This document shows positions 10,278 through 21,401 of a stretch of 64,000 nt of DNA, in pieces. The position numbers and the translations under genes were made by a program. The stretch is from Fodinicola feengrottensis (GTDB taxonomy: Bacteria; Actinomycetota; Actinomycetes; Mycobacteriales; HKI-0501), in the NCBI RefSeq assembly GCF_010993775.1, contig NZ_WOTO01000006.1:79273-143272 (forward strand), read 5' to 3'. The stretch's first letter is position 1. Every line of letters starts with the position of its first letter. The notes beneath the pieces were generated by a model that ran no database searches, was not told the DNA's origin, and saw nothing but the letters and a program-made list of their open reading frames with translations.

Positions 10278-11767
10278 CTAGTGCCAGTGATAAGTGGCCA
10301 CCGCGCCCGGCGCCAGGGTGGCGTCGAAAGAGCGGCCGTCGCACATCACCGTGAAGGTTTTCGCCGTGGTGCCCGGATTTGAGGCGACCAACACGGTCGA
10401 CCGGTCCGGGTTGGTGAAGGCGACGGTGTCCACCTGGGTCGCGCCGGTGGTGTCCCTTACCGTGCTGGCGATCCGGACCGCACCCTTGGGCACGAACTTC
10501 GAGAAGTGTGCGATGTCGCGGTATTGGTCATTGTACGTGACCTGTTTGGTGTCCGAGTTCACCGTGATCGTGCCGTTGCAGGTGCCGCAGCCACCGACAT
10601 GCGGGCCGTGGTTCTGGTCGAGCGCGATGTTCCAGTCGATCGAGGCCGAACCCCAGTTCTGCATCACCGCGGTGATGGTGGAGTTGTCGCCACCTTCGCA
10701 TTCGGTCATCAGGATGGGCTTGTCCGGGAAGGACGCCTTGAGCGCTTCTGTGCGCTGGCGTCGCCGTAATAGCAGTGATAAGCCGTGCCATAGATCCACT
10801 TGGCCGCGTTGGTGGCCAGCAGGTCGTACGGATAGCTCAGCATCGGGTCTTCGTTGACGAGCTGGTACGACTTGACATCACCTGGGTGCAGGCCCCAGTT
10901 GTGGTCGAAGCCAAGGACTTTGGTGTCCAGCCCGGCTGCTCGCAGCGCCGGTCCGAGTTGCTCGATGACCTTGGCCTCCTGCTGCCAGGACAGGTCGGTG
11001 CCCGGATAGTTGTTGCGCCGCAAGGCCTGCGGCTCGTTCTGTACGGTCAGGTAGTCGACCCGCACGCCGGCTTTGCGGTACGCCTGCACGAACTTGACGA
11101 GATACTGCGCGTACGCCCGGTAAATCGCCGGCGAGTCGATGAGCTTGCCGTCGATCATCGAGTCGCCGGTTTTCATCCACGCCGGCGGGGCTCCACGGGC
11201 TGCCGACGATCTGGATCGCCGGGTTGAGTTTCTTCGCCTGCCGCAGCAAACGGCAGGATCTTCGCCTCGTCATGAGCGATCGAGAAATGGCTGAGGGAAT
11301 AGTCGGTCTGCCCGGCCGGCACGTCGTCGAAGCTGTAGTCCTTGTCCGCGACGAAATCCGAGGCACCGATCGGCTGCCGGAGGAAACTGATGCCGGCGCC
11401 GGTGGCGGGATCGAAGAGGTTGTTCATCACCGTGGCGCGGTCGGCGTCGGACAGCCAGTAGAGCACGTTCGCCGAGGAGTCGGTGATCGCCGCTCCGAAA
11501 CCCGCGACCGTCTGGTATCTGACCCGCGGCTCGACCCCGACAATGGCGGCGCCGAACTTGGCCGGCTGCTGGATCGGCAGCTGGGTCACCGTGGGTGTGT
11601 CGACGCCCGGCAGGGTGAGCCACTGCTCGACCGTGGTGGACGGCCGCTGCGCGGGCGCGACGGGGGGCTGCGGCGGTGGTCGCGGCCGCGCTGGTGCTGG
11701 CCGCCGCGACGGCCGCGATCACCGCGGTGACAGCCAGAAGTGTTCGGACACGTACGTGTGGGGACAT
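10278..11767 (-). CDS. secreted glycoside hydrolase family 30 protein (glucosylceramidase/GH30-type beta-glycosidase; at least 3 frameshifts)
   Basis: Signal peptide MSPHVRVRTLLAVTAVIAAVAAAS. GFGAAITDSSA and SPWSPPAWMK motifs are typical of GH30. The protein is spread over ORFs 11270..11794, 11173..11589, 10709..11176 and 10278..10799. Confidence 0.7.
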
Positions 11768-11879
11768 GCGGGCATCCTTTGCTAACCGGTTCACTCCACT
11801 TTCAGCGAACCAAAATTTAAGACTTAAAGCAAGGAGGTGACCCGGTCAGGCCGAACAGAAGCACCGCGTGCAGGACTCC

Positions 11880-12387
11880 ACGAACACCTGGACGGCCGGG
11901 CGGTCGTCGTCGGCCGTTCGCCGTCCAACTCGCGGCCAAAGCCGGTGCGTACGTCATCGCCGCCGTGGGTAGCCGCACCCGCGGCGAGGGCCTGGCAGCC
12001 CTCGGAGCGGCCGAAATCGTGACCTCCCTTGAGAACGTCGAGCCGGTTTTCGGCGTACTGGACAATGTTGGTGGGCCACTGCTGGCGGCGGCGTTCGGGC
12101 TCGTGGTCAGCGGCGGATCGGCGCGGTCGATCGGGCAGGCGTCCGGGCAGCCGACCACGATCGCCTTCGAGGCCGAGCGGCTGCGTGGCCGCGACCGGCG
12201 GATCCAGCCGTTCGTCATCCAGACACCGTTGGGCGAAGACCTCCAGGACCTGGTCGCGTTGCTGGCACGGAAGGAGCTCGACCCGCAGGTCGGCTGGCGG
12301 GCGCCGTGGACGCGGGCGGCGGACGCCGTCGAGGCGCTGCTCGGCCGCCAGGTCCACGGCAAGGTGGTGCTCGACATCACTGCGTAA
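11880..12387 (+). pseudogene. N-terminally truncated remnant of an MDR-family zinc-binding dehydrogenase / NADPH:quinone oxidoreductase
   Basis: Only the C-terminal Rossmann half is present (...AAKAGAYVIAAVGS... to ...VHGKVVLDI*). There is no catalytic N-terminal domain, and the fragment is split over two frames. Confidence 0.45.
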
Positions 12388-12475
12388 CGGCCTCAGGCGG
12401 ATGCAACCGGCTCGACAGGTGGTGACTCATGGCCGGTGAGAGCATCCGTAGGTGGACCGCAGGAGTGGGGAACAG

Positions 12476-12976
12476 GTGGACGGACCATCTGAGCGCGAGC
12501 GGCTCGATGAGATCTTCCGGGCGTGCTACGGCCGGTTGGTGATCACCGGGTACGCGCTCACCGGAAACATCACCGAGGCGCAGGACGTGGTCGCGGAGGC
12601 GAGGCGTTCATGCGCGGGGTCGCGCATCGGTCGACGCTGCTCGCGGCCGACAGCCCGGAGGCATGGCTGCGGACCGTTTTACGGAACGTTGTTCGCAGGC
12701 GATGGCGAAGGTCCAGGCAGCTGGTCGCCCTGCTGCGCCAGTCCGGCCGGAGCGCCGGTGGCCGAGCCGGAGCTGTCGCCGGACCGGGTCGCGGTGATGG
12801 CGGCGATCGGCCGACTGCCGGCCGCGCAGCGGGACACCGTGGCGCTCTTCTACATCGCCGACCTGCCGGTGAACGAGATTGCCGCCACCCTCGGCGTACC
12901 GGTCGGCACGGTGAAAGCTCGACTTTCCCGAGCCCGTGCCGCGCTTTCCCTTGACCTGAAAGACACAGTGTCATGA
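12476..12976 (+). CDS. ECF-type RNA polymerase sigma-70 factor (frameshifted)
   Basis: Region 2 (FRACYGRLVITGYALTGNITEAQDVVAEAF) and region 4 HTH (DTVALFYIADLPVNEIAATLGVPVGTVKARLSRAR). GTG start with an upstream GGAG-like SD. Confidence 0.75.
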   Translation: MDGPSERERLDEIFRACYGRLVITGYALTGNITEAQDVVAEARRSCAGSRIGRRCSRPTARRHGCGPFYGTLFAGDGEGPGSWSPCCASPAGAPVAEPELSPDRVAVMAAIGRLPAAQRDTVALFYIADLPVNEIAATLGVPVGTVKARLSRARAALSLDLKDTVS

Positions 12977-14345
12977 ACCCGACTGATTTTCGAGACGTAC
13001 GAGAGCAGATCAGTGGCACTGTTGAGGTGCCGGACCTGGACGTCATCTACCGCTTCGGCGATCGGCGGCGGACCGTGCGACGCGGTGGAGTGGCCGCCGC
13101 GGCCGTCGCCATCTTGGTTGTTTTGGCGCTGGTGGGGGTAAATCTGCTGATCGGTGGTCAACGCGGACCGGTGCCGAGCGGACCGCCGCCGACGCTGCCG
13201 CCGCCGGTTCACAGCGCACTGAAAGGCGCGGCGGTGGATCTCGGTCGGAAAACCACGCTGATGCAGGTGGTGACGGTGAACAGCTGGCAGTCGTACGCGC
13301 TGCTCAAGATCGACAACAACCGGTGGGCGGTGGCGCGTACGCTCGACGGCGGTCGGGGCTGGCAGGCATGGTTCCTGCCCAAGCCCATCGGTGAACCAGA
13401 CCACCTCACCGTGCATTCGGGCCAGACCCTCTTTGCCACCACCCGCGGGAACCAGGCGTTCGTGGACTATTTCAGCAGGGATGGCGGACAAACCTGGGCG
13501 CCGGTGCCGGCGCAGGGCGCGCCGGTCAAGACGATCCCGCAGGGCTGGGATCTGGTGCGCTATGGCACGCCGTCGTCCGCGCCGATTGGCAAAGACGAGG
13601 CGCTAACAGCATTTGATCCGGTCACCGGAGTCAGCCACCGGCTGATATCGCAGCCCGACCTGAACAATAGTTCAGTCGCGTCACCAGCGGTCGTCACCGC
13701 GAAGGACGGATCTTTGTGGGCGAATCCGGCGTGTACGAGCGCGGGGCAGCTGGTCTTTCCCATCATCAGCCGCGATCAGGGAGCCAGCTGGTCGGGTGCC
13801 AAGATAGCGACACCGAAACCCGACGCGTCGCTGGACACTCGTACACCACAGAAATCACCTCTTCCGGCCAGCGATCACGTGGGCGCGCCGCAGGCGTGTG
13901 TCGTCGGTTTTGACAGTGTCGACGGGCAAATCGGCTACGCGACGGTCGACGTGCAATCCAACGGACGTACGACCACCGCGTCCAGGATCTACGTGACCCG
14001 GGACGGTGGCAGGTCATGGACCTTCGTTCCGCAGGACCGGCCGAGGCACCTGAGCACCGTGGTGATCAGCCCGGACGGATCGCTGCTTGCCGTCGACCGG
14101 GGGACCTACAAATTCGAGTCGTTCACAGACTCAGTCGGATCGCTGGTGATCAGCTCCGATGGTGGCCGGAGTTTCGCGCCGGTCTCAGCGGTGGGCAACG
14201 TGCGGAGCCTGGCGCACGCAACGCCGGGGCAGCTGGTGGCGGGGAATATCAGGACGATCCGAACTTCTATCAGCGGATGGTCTCCGTCGACGGGCGGCGC
14301 TGGGTGCAGACCCAAGGGGTGCCCAACGCTTCCTGGCCGGGATAA
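12973..14345 (+). CDS. membrane-anchored anti-sigma-factor-like protein with an extracytoplasmic BNR/Asp-box repeat domain
   Basis: Start overlaps the sigma gene stop. Short cytoplasmic N-terminus plus a single TM (VAAAAVAILVVLALVGVNLLI). Four Asp-box motifs: SRDGGQTW, SRDQGASW, TRDGGRSW, SSDGGRSF. The end is recovered in ORF 14016..14345. Confidence 0.55.
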
Positions 14346-14415
14346 AAACTTCGCTGTCGCAGGCAACCTCGCGGCCGGATACTCCGTTTCCTAGGCGACG
14401 GAGAATGGAGGCAGC

Positions 14416-14923
14416 GTGCGGGATGCGGATATGGAGGCGTACCACGAGTACGTCACCGCGCGGATGCATCGGTTGAGACGGTTCGGCTATCTGATCTGCG
14501 GGAGTTGGCACACCGCAGACGACCTGGTATCTACCGTGCTTTACAAACTTTATCGGCAGTGGGGCAAAGTGAGCGCGCTGGAGAACGTCGACGCGTACGT
14601 ACGACGGATGCTGGTTCGTACGTGGGCTCGACGAGTTGCGCCGGCCGTGGCGGCGGGAGTTCAGCACGAAGGACATGCCCGAGGTCTCGATCGACGACAC
14701 GTACGAGTTTGACTCGGTGCCCGATCGGGAAGCGTTGATGGCCGCTTTGGCCGGGCTGCCGCCAGGACGACGGGCAGTGTTGGTGTTGCGTTATTTCGAC
14801 GAGCTTTCGGTGGAGGAAACCGCGGCCACGCTGGAGATCAGCGCCGGCACGGTGAAAAGCCAGACGGCCCGTGCCCTGCGCACGCTACGCATGCGGCTGG
14901 GCGAGTCCGCCGCCGTTTCTTAG
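14416..14923 (+). CDS. ECF/SigE-type sigma-70 factor (frameshift near 14640)
   Basis: Region 2 FGYLICGSWHTADDLVSTVLYKLYRQW and region 4 LVLRYFDELSVEETAATLEISAGTVKSQTARALRTLR. Confidence 0.75.
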
Positions 14924-14935
14924 GAGTGAGAAAGA

Positions 14936-15790
14936 ATGGGAAACCTGAGCCAACTGCTGGACGCGGTGTCCGGCGATCCACCACCGCCAGTCTTTGACCT
15001 GAACGCGGTGATCGCACGTGGGAACCGGCAACGCCGGGTTCGGATCGCCGGTACGGCGGCGTTGTCCACCGCCGTCGTGATCGCCGGCTCGACCGGCGTT
15101 TTCGCGCTGGCCGACCACAATGCGGTGGTGTGTGGTGCAGCCGTCTGTCGGTCGTACGCCGACGACCGTCCCCGCGTCGGCGACCGTCGCGTTGCGGCCT
15201 GGGCGGGAAATGACCGAGCCTGCGCCGAAAGCCACCGCCCGGCTGCGGGCTGCTTCGGTCGCGAGCCTGCAGCGGTCCGTGCCAGGCAGCACTTTCGAGT
15301 GGACGCTGATCTCTGGAGGCAAACATGACGCGCCTTTCACTTATTACTCCAGCCAAGGCGACTACAAAGCCGCCGGGCTGGTGCGGGACAGTCGCGGGGA
15401 GTCGTACGTTTTCATAGACGTGGAGCCAAGACTTCCCGATTCGATGTTTGATGCGTGCAACCCGCCCACCGGTGCGAAACCGAGCCCGTGCCGTCAGTAC
15501 GTGGCGCCTGACGGTTCGGTGGTCAGCGAGTCGACCTTCAAAACCAGTGGTGGCAACATCCAGTACGTCGTCACCGTGGAGCGGCCAGACGGGACGTCGG
15601 TCGGGGCCATGGAGACGAACAGCCTGCCCGGCGCTGACCCGGTGACTCGCTCGGAGCCGAATGTGACCGCCGCGCAGTTGGCTGCGCTGGGGCTCGAGCT
15701 GACGGCCTACCCGCCGGGTTATCCCAGGGGGGAAACCGGTGACGTCCACGCAGCCCAAGCCGGGCAAGCCACCGACAGGTGGCACCCCGT
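14936..15790 (+). CDS. putative membrane anti-sigma factor partner (frameshifted; C-terminal end uncertain)
   Basis: Begins 13 bp after the sigma gene. Cytoplasmic N-terminus, a TM segment AGTAALSTAVVIAGSTGVFALA, and an extracytoplasmic domain continuing in ORF 15120..15908. Confidence 0.4.
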
Positions 15791-15929
15791 AACAGCTGGT
15801 ATTCGACCCCGCCCAAAGCGACAAAACCGGGGTCGTACGGGCGTGCGCGGTGGCCAGTCGCGGTCATGCGAGTGGGCGTGGGTCGCAAACCTTGGAGTGG
15901 TCCCGTAGGACGTATACGGTATCCACAAG

Positions 15930-17572
15930 ATGCGTTTCCAGGTGCTGCGCCCCTCCAGTGCCGGCCGCCGGCTGGCGGTCGCGCTCTGCCTTTTGGCAGC
16001 GCTGTCAGCGTGCGCTGGCACCACTGGGGGCCGCGGTCGGCATTCCCGCGGTGGCGCCGTTCGACGCGCGGGCGGTCGCGGCCGGCGGGACGCTGACAGT
16101 CGCGCTCAGCTCGGACGCGGACGCGCTTGACCCGACCACCAGCACGACCTTCGTTGGCCGGGAAATCTTCATCAATATGTGCGAAAAGCTCTACGACATC
16201 AGCAGTACGCTCGCGGTCGTACCACAGTTGGCGGCCGGGTTGCCGGATATCTCGACCGACCAGAAGACCGCGACGATCCGGTTACGGCCGGGGTTGGTGT
16301 TCAACGATGGCACGCCTTTGACAGCCGGCGCCGTGAAGGAGTCACTCGACCGGGACCGGACGAAGAAAGATTCGGCCCGGAGCAAGGAAATCGGCGCGGT
16401 CGCCTCGGTCGACGTGGTGGATTCGCTGACCGTACGGCTGAACCTGTCGCGGCCGTTCGCGCCGCTGACCTCGCAGCTGGCCGACCGGGCCGGGATGATC
16501 ATGTCACCGGCCGCGTTGGCCCGCTACGGCGACGACTTCGGCGCGCACCCGGTGTGCGTCGGGCCGTTCGCCTTCGCCAGTCGGGTCTCGGGCAGCCAGA
16601 TCGTGCTGACAAAGTCGGGATATTACTACGATCGGGCCAAGGTCAAGCTGGCCCGAATCGTCTACACGATCATCACCGACAGCAATGTCCGGTCCGCCAA
16701 CCTCAAGTCCGGTGACATCCAGGTGGCCGAGCGGGTCGCCTCCTCCAGCGATGTGCCGTTGCTGGCCGCGGACGGAAAAGTGCGAGTGCTGTCCGGCGGC
16801 ACTATCGGCTATCAGGGCATCACCATCAACCTCGCGAATGTGGCTGGTTCGACCGGAAAACCCGGCACGGTCAACACGCCACTGGCTAGGAGTCAGCAGC
16901 TCCGGCAGGCCTTCGAGCTGTCGCTGGACCGCGATGTCATCAACCGGGTGGTCTTCAACGGCCTGTACGACCCGGACTGCTCGCCGTTGCCGCGGCTGAG
17001 TGTTTTTTCGCGATCCAGCGCTGAAATGTTCGACTCGCGAGGTGGCCAAGGCGAGAGCGCTTATCACCGCTAGCGGGGTGAAGACGCCGATTCCGGTGCA
17101 GCTGATCGTGACCGCCGCGGCGCAGAGCGAGCGGCTCGGCGCGGTCATCCAGGGGATGGCCAAGGACGCCGGTTTCGCGGTCAGCATCGTGCCGGAGGAG
17201 TTCGTCACGTCACTTGCCCAGGCGAAATCAGGGAAGTTCGACGCCATTCAGGTCGGCTGGTCGGGCCGGGTCGACCCGGACGGCAACCTGAATGGCCTGG
17301 TGAACACCGGTGGGTCGAGCAACTACGGACTGATCCATGACCTGGGCATCGACAGCGACCTGAAGGCCGCCGCGGCCACCGCTGACGTGCCGGCCCGGCG
17401 AGTGCTCTACAGCAGGATCATCGATCGGCTGGATGCCTTGCAAGGCAACATCTATCTTTACCACGAGCGCTACTTTCTGGGCGTATCAGACAAGATCGCC
17501 GGCATCCGCTACTACGCCGACGGGCTGCCGCGGCTGACCACCGCCGGCTATGCGGCACAGGCGGGTGCCTGA
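15930..17572 (+). CDS. ABC transporter substrate-binding lipoprotein, family 5 (peptide/nickel; DppA/OppA-like)
   Basis: Lipoprotein signal with lipobox LLAALSAC. The family-5 SBP body spans ORFs 15850..17073 and 17000..17572, with frameshifts near 16020 and 17000. Confidence 0.8.
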
Positions 17573-18538
17573 TGGGCTGGTATTTGTTGCGTCGGGCCGG
17601 TGCGGCCCTGGTGGTCATCTTCCTGGCCAGCGTGCTGGTCTTTCTGGGCGTACGAGCGCTGCCTGGCGATCCGGCGCTGGTGCTGGCCGGTGAGGACGCC
17701 TCCCCGTCGGTGATCGCCGCCATTCGCACCGAATACGGCCTGGACAAGCCGCAAGCCGCTGCCCGTTCAGTATGTGGACTATCTTTCCCAACTGGCACAC
17801 GGAAACATGGGAGTGTCCACTCAGGACAAGCTGCCGGTGACGCAGATCCTGGCCGAGCGGCTGCCGATCACGGTGGAGTTGGCCGCCTTGGCGATCGTGA
17901 TCGCAGTGCTGGTCGGCGTCGGCGCCGGTACGATCGCGGCCGTACGGCGGGGAAAACTGGCCGACTACGCGGCGACCGGGTTCGGGCTGGTGGGCCTGTC
18001 CGTCCCGCATTTCTGGTTGGCGCTGCTGGCGATCCTGGTGTTCGCGGTGGGTTGGGGCGTGCTGCCCGCGTCCGGTTTCGTGTCGTTTACCGTGGATCCG
18101 CTGGACAACCTGCGCCGGATGGTGTTGCCGGCGCTGGTACTCGGGACCGGTTTCGCCGCTGTGCTGATGAGACAGACGCGGTCGGCGATGCTCAGCTCAC
18201 TGTCGGCGGACTACATTCGTACGGCCAGGGCCAAAGGGCTGTCGGAAGCAAGAGTCGTCGGCCTGCACGCGTTGCGCAACAGCCTGACGACGGTGGTCAC
18301 CGTGTTGGGCCTGCAGTTGGGCGCGCTGATCAGCGGCGCGGTGGTCACCGAGCAGATCTTTGTCATCCCAGGCTTCGGAAAGCTGACGATCGACGCGGTG
18401 CTGACCCGCAACTACCCGGTGATCCAGGGAGTCGTCCTGGTGACCGTCGTCGGGTACGTGGTGATCAACCTTCTGGTCGATGTGGCTTATGCGGCCCTGA
18501 ATCCGAGAACCCGGTTGGTGGCGGCCGCCGATGGCTGA
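17572..18538 (+). CDS. peptide ABC transporter permease (DppB/OppB-like)
   Basis: N-terminal MGWYLLRRAGAALVVIFLASVLVFLGVRALPGDPA is typical of DppB. The body is in ORF 17774..18538, with a frameshift near 17760. Confidence 0.8.
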
Positions 18539-19412
18539 GCAGGTGATCGCGACGCTGCCGGCCGCGCGAGAGCGGCAGGGCGTCCGGATGTGGCGAAGGT
18601 TTCGCCGCCAGCCGCTGCCGATGACCGGCCTGGTGTTGGTTGGTCTTTTCTTACTGTTGGCCATTTTCGGTCCGCTGGTGACCACGGACCCGGCGGCCAC
18701 CAACTTCGACAACGTGCTGGCGCCACCATCGCTGGCGCATGGTTCGGTTCGGCACCGACGACCTGGGCCGAGACGCGCTCGCCCGGCTTGCCACCGGCGC
18801 CCGGATTTCGTTGACGGCGGGCGTGCTGTCCACCTTGCTGGCGATGCTGGTCGGGATTCCGATCGGTCTGGTGGCTGGCTATTACCGGCGCTGGGTCGAC
18901 CCGATCCTGATGCGGGGCGTCGACGTGGTGTTGGCGTTTCCGTTCCTGATCTTCGCGGTCGGACTGGCCGCGATCCTCGGGCCGTCGCTGCGTAATGTGG
19001 TGCTGGCGCTGGGAATCTCGCAGATTCCAGGGGTCGTACGCATCGCCCGTGGCGAGACCCTGGCGCTGCGTCAGGAAGACTTTGTGGCCGGCGCGATCGC
19101 CGACGGCGCCGGCGACGGGGTGATCCTTTTCCGCTATATCCTGCCGAACGCGGCGAACGCGCTGATCGTGCAGGCCACGGTGGCCATTCCGGTGGCGATT
19201 ATCGGCGAGGCCACGTTGTCCTTTCTCGGCCTTGGCGTGCAGCGCCCCACTCCGTCATGGGGTGTGTGATGCTTACCGACGCGCAGCAGTTTCTCAGCCA
19301 GGCACCGTGGCTCGCGGTCTGGCCGGGCGTGCTGATCGCGCTCGCCACTCTCGGATTCAACCTGCTCGGCGACGGGCTCAGAGACGTCCTCGACCCGCGG
19401 GGTGCGCGATGA
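18531..19412 (+). CDS. peptide ABC transporter permease (DppC/OppC-like)
   Basis: N-terminal TM followed by the BPD_transp_1 core (GYYRRWVDPILMRGVDVVLAFPFLIFAVGLAA). Frameshift near 18750. Confidence 0.8.
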
Positions 19413-20410
19413 CAGCGTTGGAGATTTCCGAGCTGGCCGTACGATTCGCGACCGAAGATGGCGACGTGCTGGCCGTCAAGGACGTGTCTTTGAGCGTACG
19501 ACCGGGGGAGATTCTGGCGCTCTGCGGGGAATCCGGTTGCGGGAAGTCGGTCACCGCGATGGCGGTGAGTCGGCTGTTGCCACCGAACGCCCGAATTTCC
19601 GGGTCCGTACGCCTGGATGGCCGGGAGCTGACCGGTCTTTCCGAGCGGGAGCTGCGGCAGGTCCGCGGCAAGGACGTGTCGATGGTGTTCCAGGAGCCGA
19701 TGACCTCGCTGAACCCTTCGTTCACTGTCGGCTTCCAAATCGACGATGTGCTCCGTCAGCATGAAAAACTATCCCGCCGGGCGGCTCGCGTCCGGACGGT
19801 CGAATTGCTGGAACTGGTCGGGATCGCCGACCCGGCCCGGCGGTGCCGGGAATATCCGCATCAGCTTTCCGGCGGCATGCGGCAGCGGGTGATGATCGCG
19901 ATGGCGGTGGCCTGTTCGCCGCGGGTGTTGATCGCGGACGAGCCGACCACCGCCCTGGACGTGACGATCCAGGCCGGCGTACTGGACATTTTTCGGGATT
20001 TGGCGGACCGGTTGGGCACCGCGATCGTGCTCATCACTCACGATCTCGGCGTGGTCGCCGCGGTCGCCGACCAGGTGGCGATCATGTACGCCGGCCGACT
20101 GGTCGAGCGGGCCGGTGTCACCGAACTGTTCGCGGCGCCCCGCCATCCGTACACCGTCGGGTTGCTCGGCGCGTTACCAGCGGCGGTCAGCCGCATCAGC
20201 GACGGCACTCGTGGCCGATTGGTGGAAATTCCCGGCATGCTGCCCGATCCCCCCCGCCGGGATGGGGATGACTGTGCTTTCGCGCCGCGCTGTCGGCGTG
20301 CCGAACCGGACTGCGCCGCGGCCCGCCCGGCGCTGGCCGGCACTGGACGGTCCACAGTGGACAAATACAGCCATCAGTTGGCGTGTTTCCATCCGGAGGC
20401 GGTCCGATGA
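19409..20410 (+). CDS. peptide ABC transporter ATP-binding protein (DppD/OppD-like)
   Basis: Walker A GESGCGKS, signature LSGGMRQRV, Walker B LIADEPTTALD, plus the oligopeptide C-terminal extension. Apparently intact. Confidence 0.9.
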   Translation: MTALEISELAVRFATEDGDVLAVKDVSLSVRPGEILALCGESGCGKSVTAMAVSRLLPPNARISGSVRLDGRELTGLSERELRQVRGKDVSMVFQEPMTSLNPSFTVGFQIDDVLRQHEKLSRRAARVRTVELLELVGIADPARRCREYPHQLSGGMRQRVMIAMAVACSPRVLIADEPTTALDVTIQAGVLDIFRDLADRLGTAIVLITHDLGVVAAVADQVAIMYAGRLVERAGVTELFAAPRHPYTVGLLGALPAAVSRISDGTRGRLVEIPGMLPDPPRRDGDDCAFAPRCRRAEPDCAAARPALAGTGRSTVDKYSHQLACFHPEAVR

Positions 20411-21391
20411 CCGGGCAGGTGCTGGAAGTCCGCGATCTGGTGAAGCACTACCGGGTCGGCGGCGGTCGGTCGGTACGGGCAGTGGATGGCATTTCCTTCG
20501 ACATCGCGCCCGGCGAGGTGCTGGGGCTGGTAGGCGAGTCAGGCAGCGGAAAGTCGACGGTCGGCCGCTGCCTGGTCCGGCTCATCGACCCGACCGCCGG
20601 CACGATTTCGTTGAATGGCCGGGACATCACCCACCTGTCCCGACGCCAGCTGCGACCGGTCCGGCGGGACATCCACATCGTTTTCCAGGATCCTTTCTCG
20701 TCGCTGAACCCGCGGTTCACCGTTGGCCAGATCGTCGCCGAACCGCTACGCCGGCATCGACTGGCGGCCGGCGCCCAGCTGGCGTCGAAGGTGACTCGGA
20801 TGCTCGACCGGGTGGGTTTGCCAGCGACCACCGCGCATCGCTATCCACATGAGCTGTCCGGCGGTCAGCGGCAACGGGTCGGGCTGGCCCGTGCGCTGGT
20901 CTTGGAGCCGGCGCTGGTGGTGGCCGACGAGCCGGTGTCCGCATTGGACGTGTCGGTGCGGGCGGCGGTGCTGAACCTGATCACCGATTTGCAGGCGGAG
21001 ATGGGATTTTCCTGCCTTTTCATCACCCATGACCTGTCCGTGGTCGAGTTCCTCGCCGACCGGATCGCGGTGATGTATGTGGGCCAGATTGTGGAACACG
21101 GCCCGCGGGAGCAGATTTTCGGTCAGCCGCAGCATCCTTACACGCAGGCGCTGTTGTCCGCCGCGCCGGTGCCCGACCCGGTCCGGCAGCGCCAGCGTCG
21201 CCGGGTGGTGCTCGGCTCGGACGTGCCCTCACCGGTCGCGCCGCCGCCCGGGCTGCCGATTCCACACCCGCTGCCCGGTCGCGGTGGATCGCTGTCGGGA
21301 GGACGAACCAAAACTGGTGGACGCTCGTACGAGCGGGCAGTTGGTCGCCTGCCACCTGGTGACCGCGACGAGCGTGCCAGATGTCCTCTGA
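20407..21391 (+). CDS. peptide ABC transporter ATP-binding protein (DppF/OppF-like; frameshift near 21240)
   Basis: GESGSGKST, LSGGQRQRV, VVADEPVSALD. The C-terminal CRFHTRCP motif is recovered in ORF 21077..21391. Confidence 0.85.
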
Positions 21392-21401
21392 CGCCGGCGA
21401 T

